Made by a program: the position numbers and the translations under genes. From a bacterium SM23_31 (GTDB lineage Bacteria > SM23-31), in contig LJUD01000001.1 in the NCBI GenBank assembly GCA_001304035.1, positions 1-34,851 on the forward strand: DNA of 34,851 bases. Reading direction: 5' to 3'. The notes beneath the pieces were generated by a model, which was not told the origin of the DNA, ran no database searches, and saw nothing but the letters and a program-made list of their open reading frames with translations. The stretch's first letter is position 1. Every line of letters begins with the position of its first letter. Of this stretch, positions 26,577-34,651 are shown piece after piece.

Positions 26577-27656
26577 CTACTTCAATTCAACATACTTTTC
26601 AATGTTCTTTAACACTTCACGTTTATCAATCTGTCCCATGCACGTTTCAATGCATCGACCGCATCCTGAACAAGCTTCAAATCCATAGTTTTTGACGAAC
26701 GAATCAAATTTATGATAATAATGATTTTTGAATCGGTCGACAAGGTGCAGTCTGGGTGTAATTCCTCCTGCCATGCGTGCATAACCTGCGTGAAAACATG
26801 AATCCCACACCTTCATCCGTTCATTCCCATCATCATGCTTCTGGTCATACAATAGGAAACAATAACACGTAGGGCACACATAATTACATCCGTTACATTC
26901 TACGCAGGTTTTGGAAACATCATGCCAAATTGGAGCATTAATGTTTTCTTCAATAATCCGCTGCCGTGATTCTGCTGTTTTATAATTTTGATTTTGGCGT
27001 TCGACGATTTTATTGAGTTTTGTTCTTTGTTGGTTTCGATGATTTATATGCTCTTTGGTTGCCTCCGTGAACAGGTCCAAGTGATCCTTAATAATTTTCT
27101 CTCCTTTTTCAGAACCGCTTTCAAAAATATAACCACCGTTTATGGGTGACATATTTAAATCGTATTCTTCTTCCGGATGCGGCTGTAATCCAACAACCGT
27201 GCAAAAACAATTCTCCAGTGCCTCTGTACAATCTCCCGAAATAATTACTGTGTTTTCACTATTATCGCTGTATAAGGGATCAACATATTCCCCTTTTAAA
27301 AAGATTGTATCCAATACCTTCTTTCCCAAAAGGTCGCATGCTTTCACGCCAAAAACTATTCGCTGCTTTTCAGAGGCTTCCACTGTGTCGGAGACCGGAA
27401 GATACTGTGCCACTACACATTTCGCCTGGAAAAATAATGCTTTTAAGAAAGGCAAAGCCGTTCGAAAAGGATTAAACAAAAATGATTCGGATTCGGCTTC
27501 CTTTCCATTCCATGAACTCAGAAAATACTTATTATCATGTGTATAAGGAACATATACAGTATTGGAGGAAGCTAACCGGGCTATTAATTGAGCAATATCA
27601 GTAAATTTTATATAATTCATTTTTCCATCTTCTGTATGCCCGTTAAATTTATGCAA
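26577..27656 (-). CDS. Iron-sulfur subunit (AsrA / sulfhydrogenase beta-like)
   Basis: GVKACD, CVECNGCNYVCPTCYCF and CSGCGRCIETC motifs. The track start is TTG 27656; ATG 27620 (MNYIKF) is an equally plausible start. Confidence 0.75.
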   Translation of the reverse strand: MHKFNGHTEDGKMNYIKFTDIAQLIARLASSNTVYVPYTHDNKYFLSSWNGKEAESESFLFNPFRTALPFLKALFFQAKCVVAQYLPVSDTVEASEKQRIVFGVKACDLLGKKVLDTIFLKGEYVDPLYSDNSENTVIISGDCTEALENCFCTVVGLQPHPEEEYDLNMSPINGGYIFESGSEKGEKIIKDHLDLFTEATKEHINHRNQQRTKLNKIVERQNQNYKTAESRQRIIEENINAPIWHDVSKTCVECNGCNYVCPTCYCFLLYDQKHDDGNERMKVWDSCFHAGYARMAGGITPRLHLVDRFKNHYYHKFDSFVKNYGFEACSGCGRCIETCMGQIDKREVLKNIEKYVELK

Positions 27657-27731
27657 AAAATTAAAAGCATAAATTATTAGGTGAAATTAAGTGGAATTTA
27701 GGTTTAAAAAGTGAAATTACATTTAAAATAA

Positions 27732-27760
27732 ATTATAATAAAAATAAAATTAAAATTCAA
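27732..27760 (-). promoter_or_regulatory. Sigma-70-type promoter for the group-4 hydrogenase operon
   Basis: On the minus strand, TTGAAT (27760-27755), a 17-nt spacer, then TATAAT (27737-27732), about 75-110 nt upstream of the candidate starts. The AT-rich context raises false-positive risk. Confidence 0.45.
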
Positions 27761-27802
27761 CAATAAACCGAAAAAAATAAGCAAAAAAAATTTTACTTTT
27801 AT

Positions 27803-27822
27803 ATGTATATTTATTTTATACA
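27803..27822. promoter_or_regulatory. ATGTAT-N9-ATACA palindrome (copy 3 of 3)
   Basis: atgtat atttatttt ataca read directly, about 45 bp upstream of the -35 proposed above. Confidence 0.35.
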
Positions 27823-28145
27823 GGTGTATAAAAAAAGCATATTATGCCGGAGGTTAACTTCCTCGTTAAAATAGTCAGCACATCTTATATCTCTTTTCAA
27901 TCGCTCTTCTAAACTCAACATGATCAAGAAAATAATCCGGACTCAATTATGCTCAAACGTGCAAGAAACGTGCGCATAAACTAAAAAATGTCTGAGCAAA
28001 ACAACGTTCACTAAACATAACGAAACAGTAGCTCTCCGCTCCACAAACTAACTTAACAGATAGTGTGCTGATATAACCTGTTCAGCATAAAATGCTTGCC
28101 CTAAAAAGCTACAAAAATTGTGCCATTCTCTAACATTTTCTACTT

Positions 28146-28170
28146 AATTGCGAATTAATTACGAATTATG
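28146..28170 (+). repeat. Short copy of the AATTACG-heptad repeat element
   Basis: aattgcgaattaattacgaattatg shares ttaattgcgaatta plus attacgaatt with the arms at 34395..34622. It overlaps the stop codon of the RsbW-like gene. Confidence 0.6.
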
Positions 28171-28599
28171 AAATTTTTTTATCATGATAATTCTTGTACC
28201 GGAAGGTGAAAAGGTAAAATCGATATGGTCCATCAGTGAGTGTAAGATAAATATTCCCCTGCCGCTTTCTTTTAAAATATTCTCCGGAGCCAGCGGGTCG
28301 CTGAGGGTATCAGGATCAAATCCGCTGCCTTCGTCTCTGACCGTTATTTTTATGTCTTTTTTTGACGCAAAAAAATCTACAATTACTTTTTTTGATATGT
28401 CGCTCTTATTCCCATGAATAATTGCATTGTTAACCGCTTCGGTAACCGCAATAGCTACATTGTCTTTGTCATCTTCGCATAATCCTGCCTCGTCTGCGAC
28501 TTTTCCCGCTAATTCCTCAACCGCAACAAGATTTTCCTGTAAGCTCTGAATAACTATCGAATATTTCCGAGTTTTTTGTTTTGCCATAGACATATACAT
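28159..28599 (-). CDS. Anti-sigma-factor-type serine kinase (RsbW/SpoIIAB-like HATPase)
   Basis: EAVNNAIIHGN (N-box), RDEGSGFD (G1) and ESGRGIF (G2) motifs. Alternative start at ATG 28587 (MAKQK). Confidence 0.7.
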   Translation of the reverse strand: MYMSMAKQKTRKYSIVIQSLQENLVAVEELAGKVADEAGLCEDDKDNVAIAVTEAVNNAIIHGNKSDISKKVIVDFFASKKDIKITVRDEGSGFDPDTLSDPLAPENILKESGRGIFILHSLMDHIDFTFSPSGTRIIMIKKFHNS

Positions 28600-28701
28600 A
28601 TCCCAAAGATAAACATGAATAACCGATAAGTATGGTTCTCCGCCGTATGATATGCGGCAAATTCAATTCCAAAAAATCTTGAATGACAATAAAAATTTAA
28701 T

Positions 28702-30585
28702 CTAAAGGTCCGCCTCCGGCGGAAATAGCCAGTTGACGGATAAATCGACATATTGAAAATTCTCTTTTACTGTTCCCCGTTTAACAAATCTTTTTGCCGC
28801 ATTAAATGTAACCAGTGACGAAGGCCCGGTCTGATATTCAATTTCAATACTGATGCCGATATCATTAATTTTCGAAAGACGTTTTTGTAATTCATGCACG
28901 GCTTGTGTTTGGTGATGTGTCTCGGTTCGTATAAATGTTGACACTCCCGGTACAAGCTGCAGTACAGGTGTCATCCGGTACGGATATTTTATTGAGCCTG
29001 TCAGAATTTTCCTCTCGATAATAATATTTTGCACAAATTGCTTCCATTTTAACAAGCCGTTTTCCTCTAAATCGAGCTGGACATGGGTTTCAAACCTTCC
29101 TTTGTGTGTTACCGGCAGGGTTACTGTTTGATTCATTGAAAATTTACGAAAAACAAAACTGCGCACCTGAACAAATTCATCGTCAAAATCGTAGTCGACG
29201 TAATTTGCCAGAACACTGAAATTGCCTGTTACTTTTATTCCGGACGGGGATTGATACTCAACCAAGCTTCCGGTCTGAAAAATACGGTTCCAGTTATTAT
29301 CGGCACTGCGCCGGCGGAATATGTATACAAGGTGATCCAGGTTTGCTAAGGCATTGATTGTAACCGATAATCCGGGATTAATTCTATACACGTATCCACC
29401 ATTAAACCAAACTCGAAACTCGTCTCTGTCATCGTAATTATTTCTTGAAGGTGTATCGTACTGAAATTTTTCAATGAAACACTGAACCGAATATCTATGA
29501 CTGTAGAAGGGCACACCGTCAGCCGATAATCCTAATGCCAATTTTTTGCTGTTATTATCAGGAGTATCAAACGGCACCGCTCCAAACACTCTATCTGCCG
29601 GTGTCGTCGAAGTGTACCGCTGCTGTGCATTTTCATAATTAAAATGCACGCGGGCGGTATGTTGTCCTTTTAGTGTATTCAGAGTAATTTCAATGTTATT
29701 AGTACGGTCTTTACGCAGCCGTTTTATAATAACATCGTTGACACCCGCCGACGATATGTTAACATTACCGGTTAAGAATTCGGTTTTAATTCTCATGTCG
29801 GTTCGATCAAATATATTATACGTCAATATATTTGAAACGTTCTGGCTGACTTCTTTGCGGGTTTCAAGATTGCCAGCAAGCGAAACGTAATAATCTCTGC
29901 GCCGTCTGTAATAAGTGTATTGCAGTGTGTCCGCAGTGCCTTCATGAAAAGTTCTATGCAGTGATGCGGCAATATAGTGATTATTATTATGCCTTGCGTT
30001 TAAATTTTCAGACATATAGTTCATATACCCTTCAGTGGTATATTCACCGATTTTTGTTTCATATACAGAGACGTCTATTCCATGCCGGAGTCCTTTATCG
30101 GGAGTATCGGTGCGCTTGTCCCATTTAAAGCCAAGCAATGGCGTAACGGCTATATTTTGATGCATGGTAACAGGCGCTTGAATATTTAAAGAATTCTCTG
30201 TAATGTTATTTAAAAATCCGCTCTGAAGATCAGATAGGTATTCCGACCTTGCAGTGATAATTGATGCGACATTATTGTTGAATGGTAACCTGTATTGAAT
30301 ATGTAATTGATTTCTATCTTTCCATTTATCATCCTGATACAGCGTTTTTATTCGATTAATGTCGAAATTGTTCTGTAGTGTGATTATTCCATTATTTAGG
30401 GGTTTCTCAACTGCAGCGGTTCCCTTCCAAAAATAGATGTTGTTTTTTTGATTGTATGTGAGGTGTATCTTCCAGTCTTCGGGCGACGATGAAATTCCTA
30501 TCTGTGCAAATACCATACAGGGCGATATTGCAATTATAATGAGTGATATCCACCACTCCGTGTCCCGTTTCCCTACCTTGAACAT
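28702..30585 (-). CDS. Secreted, probably outer-membrane beta-rich protein of unknown function
   Basis: 627 aa. Signal peptide ending VFAQ. Composition is rich in Y/N/T/R with alternating patterns. No family recognised. Confidence 0.5.
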   Translation of the reverse strand: MFKVGKRDTEWWISLIIIAISPCMVFAQIGISSSPEDWKIHLTYNQKNNIYFWKGTAAVEKPLNNGIITLQNNFDINRIKTLYQDDKWKDRNQLHIQYRLPFNNNVASIITARSEYLSDLQSGFLNNITENSLNIQAPVTMHQNIAVTPLLGFKWDKRTDTPDKGLRHGIDVSVYETKIGEYTTEGYMNYMSENLNARHNNNHYIAASLHRTFHEGTADTLQYTYYRRRRDYYVSLAGNLETRKEVSQNVSNILTYNIFDRTDMRIKTEFLTGNVNISSAGVNDVIIKRLRKDRTNNIEITLNTLKGQHTARVHFNYENAQQRYTSTTPADRVFGAVPFDTPDNNSKKLALGLSADGVPFYSHRYSVQCFIEKFQYDTPSRNNYDDRDEFRVWFNGGYVYRINPGLSVTINALANLDHLVYIFRRRSADNNWNRIFQTGSLVEYQSPSGIKVTGNFSVLANYVDYDFDDEFVQVRSFVFRKFSMNQTVTLPVTHKGRFETHVQLDLEENGLLKWKQFVQNIIIERKILTGSIKYPYRMTPVLQLVPGVSTFIRTETHHQTQAVHELQKRLSKINDIGISIEIEYQTGPSSLVTFNAAKRFVKRGTVKENFQYVDLSVNWLFPPEADL

Positions 30586-30701
30586 AATAGCAGAATAGCT
30601 ATTCTTAGCTTGCTCCTGTTTTGCCCGCAGGATGCACTTCGTGATTGGCTGTGTCTACAGTACATAAACGGCTACCTCAACCGGTAGGATGGGTGTCGAT
30701 G

Positions 30702-31064
30702 TTAATAGTCTTTCCCGCTAAGCGGGATTGGAGTTAATTTATATATTTTTTCCCCGGGTTTTACTAACCCGAATTTTTCACGGGCGATACGCTCCAGATA
30801 GTCGGGGTCTTGCTTCTGAAGAAGCTGCCTTTCCATTTCCAACTGCTTGGACTCTAATTCTAATTGAGCCAACTCTGTTTGAAGACGTTTTTCCTCCCGG
30901 TTCAATTGATAATATTGATAGAGACCGTAATCCCCAAAACTATAAATACATATCACGAGCAATAAGATTCCGAGAATGATCAAACGCTTTACACTTCTCT
31001 TCCGTCTTGTAAGGATCCGGGAAATATTTTTTTGCGCTTTATCCGACATAAAGACTGAATACAT
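30702..31064 (-). CDS. ftsB: Septum formation initiator (FtsB/DivIC family)
   Basis: One TM helix, a coiled coil (LQTELAQLELESKQLEMERQLL), then DPDYLERIAREKFGLVKPGEKIY, which is typical of this family. Confidence 0.65.
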   Translation of the reverse strand: MYSVFMSDKAQKNISRILTRRKRSVKRLIILGILLLVICIYSFGDYGLYQYYQLNREEKRLQTELAQLELESKQLEMERQLLQKQDPDYLERIAREKFGLVKPGEKIYKLTPIPLSGKDY

Positions 31065-31097
31065 ATTGTATTAAAATTAAGGAATTGAATTTTACGA

Positions 31098-32384
31098 TTA
31101 AAACAGCCCTAAAAATTTTTTCTTTGTTTCGGGAGCAAACTCTAAAGCAATCCGCCGGTCGATTCCTTCTTTCAATAATATTTCACGGATTTCCTGAGTC
31201 GGCAATTCACCGAGCGTTTTAATAATTTCTTTTGCCTTTTCCCGTTCTTCTTTCATTCTATCGGTTTTTAAGTCACTTATAATATCGCGAGCTTTGCTCA
31301 TCAAACTATCCAACCTTTTCATTTGAATTTCGAGCCGTCTCAATTCTTCTCCAGGCATAGGTACTTTAGATTTTTCAGATCCTCTTATCTTTTGTGTAAG
31401 TCTATGCTTTGTTTTTTGTGCACGTCCGAGAACCGAACTTAGTATTTTTAAAGCTTCTTCTGTTTCTTTCAACTTAATATAAATTCCCGCAACCAGCATA
31501 AGAAGGTCGACTTCCGCAACCACACTTTTAACAGCATGGGAGGTTTTGAATGCTTGATTAAGCATTTCAATTGCTTTTTTCAATGCCGATTGTTCGTCTC
31601 CGGCAACTTCCGGCCACCCTTTTTTTAAGAATTTTATCAACTTATCAAGCGTACTTTTTATTTTATTACTAATTTCCTCTTTTTGACCTAATTCCCTGTA
31701 AAGCCAACCGAGTCTAAGATAATAGCGGCCAATTTTTAATGAGTCTCTTTCTTCATTATCTTTTAGGATTTCCTGAATAAAAATTGCCAGTAAGTGCAGC
31801 TTTATTGCCTGGTAGTAATTCATTTTGTCATAATCGATATTCTCCCCCAATTTATCGATTATTTTTTCAACCCTCGGGTCATCCTGATACTGGTCTATAA
31901 AGGCATTTTTAATAATTCGAAAATTACTGAAGGAGTCTTTTAACGGATTTTCGAAATCTACATAGGAATCGGTGTAATGACAATTATAGCAGTGCCACAT
32001 ATAATATAAAGGCGGATAATACTTTTTAAATACTTTTTCAGTCCATACAAAGTCTTGAACATGCTTGTCAACATCTATGTTTTGTTCGGAATAAATTTTA
32101 GCCTTAAACCACCTCTGTTCGCTTGTTGTGCCGCAGACCGGGCACTTTAATTGGCGGAGATAAAACGGGTTTTTTGGGGATTCTTCTTCTAAGGCAATTT
32201 CTCCTATATCAGCACCCTGTCTCTTCGCTGCGGTCTTTTTAGCAGGGGGCGTCATTTTTTTAGCGCATTCCTCGCAAACTAAGAAATCGAAGTTATAATG
32301 CGATCCACAAATATTTTCTCGATTACACTTCGGGCACTCAAAATGGTCCTGCTCATCAAATTCCCCGCATATTGGGCATTTCAA
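31098..32384 (-). CDS. Zinc-ribbon protein, DUF2225-like with helical C-terminal region
   Basis: CPICG...CPKC, CPVCG and CYNCHY pairs followed by a long helical, TPR-like region. The family call rests on motif resemblance only. Confidence 0.45.
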   Translation of the reverse strand: MKCPICGEFDEQDHFECPKCNRENICGSHYNFDFLVCEECAKKMTPPAKKTAAKRQGADIGEIALEEESPKNPFYLRQLKCPVCGTTSEQRWFKAKIYSEQNIDVDKHVQDFVWTEKVFKKYYPPLYYMWHCYNCHYTDSYVDFENPLKDSFSNFRIIKNAFIDQYQDDPRVEKIIDKLGENIDYDKMNYYQAIKLHLLAIFIQEILKDNEERDSLKIGRYYLRLGWLYRELGQKEEISNKIKSTLDKLIKFLKKGWPEVAGDEQSALKKAIEMLNQAFKTSHAVKSVVAEVDLLMLVAGIYIKLKETEEALKILSSVLGRAQKTKHRLTQKIRGSEKSKVPMPGEELRRLEIQMKRLDSLMSKARDIISDLKTDRMKEEREKAKEIIKTLGELPTQEIREILLKEGIDRRIALEFAPETKKKFLGLF

Positions 32385-32969
32385 AACTACTCCTCCTGTA
32401 TAAATTAATGCTGCACCTTAATAACAAATCTTCGGTAAATTCTGTATATGCGCATTAGTAAAGCTGCCTGTTTGTCCCACCGCGTGGCAGTGTTTTCGCC
32501 AAAGATTTCACAAATGCGCCCGGGTTCTCACGGCAAAATTCCGGTTCAAAATTTATTGTCTAATGTCAAATACGGTTCAAAATTTACAAAATTTTTGATA
32601 ATAAAATTAAAATATATATAATTCTATCTGAAAATGCAAATTTTTTCTGTGATTTTCTGTCTTATAGAATATTAAGGTTACGGTATAGAATAACTTGACT
32701 TGTATTAAAGGGTTTTGTATATTTGTAAAAATAAATATTATCGGCAAGTCATATCAACAGTTTTTTTTGCATATCTCAGCTATTAAACAAACCTGTAATA
32801 TGGTCATTAGTATCATTTAGAAAATGGTATTGATTTGTTAGGTGAATTCCCCGATTAGAATAACTAAATGTCCTTGAATAACTTTACATCATTATTGTTT
32901 ATTGTAAAAATACTCGTGAAAAAATCATGTAAATCCAAATTTTATATTATTATTTCAGGGAGGTAACCG

Positions 32970-34379
32970 ATGAAAACTAAAAAGCGTTTTCGTGCAGCTT
33001 TTCTTGTAATTTTTTCGATACTTATTTCCGTTTCCGTGCTCTATGCCCAGTCCCCGGAAGAGTATCAAAAAAGGCGTCAGGCGGTGATAGAAAAAATGGA
33101 GCCAAATAGTGTTCTGATTCTCAGAGGCAATGGGCCTTCCGGTGAATTTAGACCATTTCGTCAGGAGAATAATTTTTATTACCTGACAGGCTTGAATGAA
33201 CCTGGAGGAGCATTAATTTTACGCGCTCCGCGGGGTGGCAGACCGGGTATTAACGAACCGCAGGCAGCGAGAGTTTACCGTGGTATTCAAAGCGCCGGAG
33301 GTACAGGCAGTGCAATGCTGTTCATCAACCGCCGGAGCGGAAACGTTGATTGGGATCCGCAGACCCTGGGTTTAGAGGGAGCGCAGGAACAACTGGGATT
33401 TCAAGATGTGAAACCATCTCAGGATTTTCAAAGCGAGTTTGAAAGGATAGTGTTAAGCAGACCGTCCGTGATTTATATGGATTATGAGCGGTCACAGGGA
33501 TTGCATACACCGTTTACACCGGATGAAGACCTTTTTAAAAAAGCGCGCGACAGAGGCGCCGTTTTTGAAATAAGATCCGCCTCCGCAATGATCAACCCGC
33601 TGCGCGGCATTAAATCACAGGCGGAAATAGAATTATTACAGACAGCTATCGACATTACTGCTGAAGCGCAAAAAGAAGCCGTTCGGTCCATACAGTCCGG
33701 AATGTATGAATATCAACTGCAGTCAATTATTGAACATGTATATTCCTTCAACGGAGCCAAGTGGCCCGGTTTCAATTCCATCGTTGGTTCCGGGCCAAAC
33801 TCCTGTATATTGCACTGGAGTGAAAATTCCAGGAAAATGGAAGACGGAGACTTGGTGGTCATCGATATCGGTGCGGAATATAACATGTATACTGCGGATG
33901 TAACCCGGACAATACCGGTAAACGGCAAATTCAACCAACGCCAGAAAGATATTTATGAAATCGTTCTCAAAGCCAACGAAGGGGCAATCGAGATGATCGC
34001 TCCGGGTATTAATATGCGCGACGTCAGCAACAAGGCGAGTGAAATCCTTGCCGAAGGGCTGATTAAAGTGGGCTTAATCAAGGACAGAAGCGAACTTCGC
34101 CAATACTACTTCCATGGATTAAGCCATCCGATAGGTTTGCAGGTGCACGATGTCGGCGGTACAAGCGTGCTCGAACCGGGAATGGTTATCACAATCGAGC
34201 CGGGGATTTATATCCGTGAAGAAAGTCTCGGCGTGCGTATCGAAGATGACGTGCTCGTTACGGAAACGGGACATGAGGTTATGTCAAAAAACGCCCCGAA
34301 AACTATTGCCGAAATCGAGGCTCTTGCTGAAGAAAAAGGCATTGATTTTTCAAAATACATAATTAAGAAAAAACCGTGA
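32970..34379 (+). CDS. Xaa-Pro aminopeptidase (M24B family) with signal peptide
   Basis: RBS GGGAGG upstream. N-terminal domain FRQENNFYYLTG. Metal-binding motifs VVIDIGAEYNMYTADVTRT, HGLSHPIGLQVHD, EPGIYI and GVRIEDDVLVT. Confidence 0.85.
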   Translation: MKTKKRFRAAFLVIFSILISVSVLYAQSPEEYQKRRQAVIEKMEPNSVLILRGNGPSGEFRPFRQENNFYYLTGLNEPGGALILRAPRGGRPGINEPQAARVYRGIQSAGGTGSAMLFINRRSGNVDWDPQTLGLEGAQEQLGFQDVKPSQDFQSEFERIVLSRPSVIYMDYERSQGLHTPFTPDEDLFKKARDRGAVFEIRSASAMINPLRGIKSQAEIELLQTAIDITAEAQKEAVRSIQSGMYEYQLQSIIEHVYSFNGAKWPGFNSIVGSGPNSCILHWSENSRKMEDGDLVVIDIGAEYNMYTADVTRTIPVNGKFNQRQKDIYEIVLKANEGAIEMIAPGINMRDVSNKASEILAEGLIKVGLIKDRSELRQYYFHGLSHPIGLQVHDVGGTSVLEPGMVITIEPGIYIREESLGVRIEDDVLVTETGHEVMSKNAPKTIAEIEALAEEKGIDFSKYIIKKKP

Positions 34380-34394
34380 AAGAAGGGCGAATTT

Positions 34395-34622
34395 CGAATG
34401 ACGAATTACGAATTACGAATGAGGAGTCTTGAGTCTTAAATTAGGAATTTTAAAACCCGGTTTATGTGCATATATGTATCTTGGTTTTCTTTTTAAAGAT
34501 AAGCAACAATCAGATAAGAAGAAAGATAATATATAAATGATACCACGTTTAACATACTTGAGAATTTCTATTAATTATTTTACTTCGCACTTCGACATTC
34601 GTAATTCGTAATTTGTAATTCG
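34395..34622. repeat. 27-nt imperfect inverted repeats built from AATTACG heptads, flanking 174 bp (MITE-like or long-hairpin element)
   Basis: Left arm 34395-34421 is cgaatgacgaattacgaattacgaatg. Right arm 34596-34622 is cattcgtaattcgtaatttgtaattcg. 25 of 27 positions are complementary. Confidence 0.7.
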
Positions 34623-34651
34623 CAATTAATGCTCAATCGAAGGAGGATACT

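Noticed and set aside
11942-27656. Numerous plus-strand ORFs of 60-130 aa inside the minus-strand operon (for example 14079..14399, 15167..15400, 24351..24743, 27142..27546), plus off-frame minus-strand ORFs such as 14668..14985 and 14940..15302
   Set aside because: They lie antisense or out of frame to long ORFs with clear family motifs. They have no recognisable motifs or RBS and show shadow-ORF composition.
27836-27852. Sigma-54-like CGGCAT-aatat-GC on the minus strand near the group-4 operon
   Set aside because: The GG-to-GC spacing is two nucleotides too short relative to TGGCAC-N5-TTGC. The sequence is better described as a small GCATATTATGC palindrome.
32485-32499. TGGCAG-tgttt-TCGC sigma-54-like element upstream of the aminopeptidase gene
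   Set aside because: Both boxes are imperfect, the site lies about 470 nt from the start codon, and a better sigma-70/Bacteroidota-type promoter lies closer. This is no more than a chance match without further evidence.
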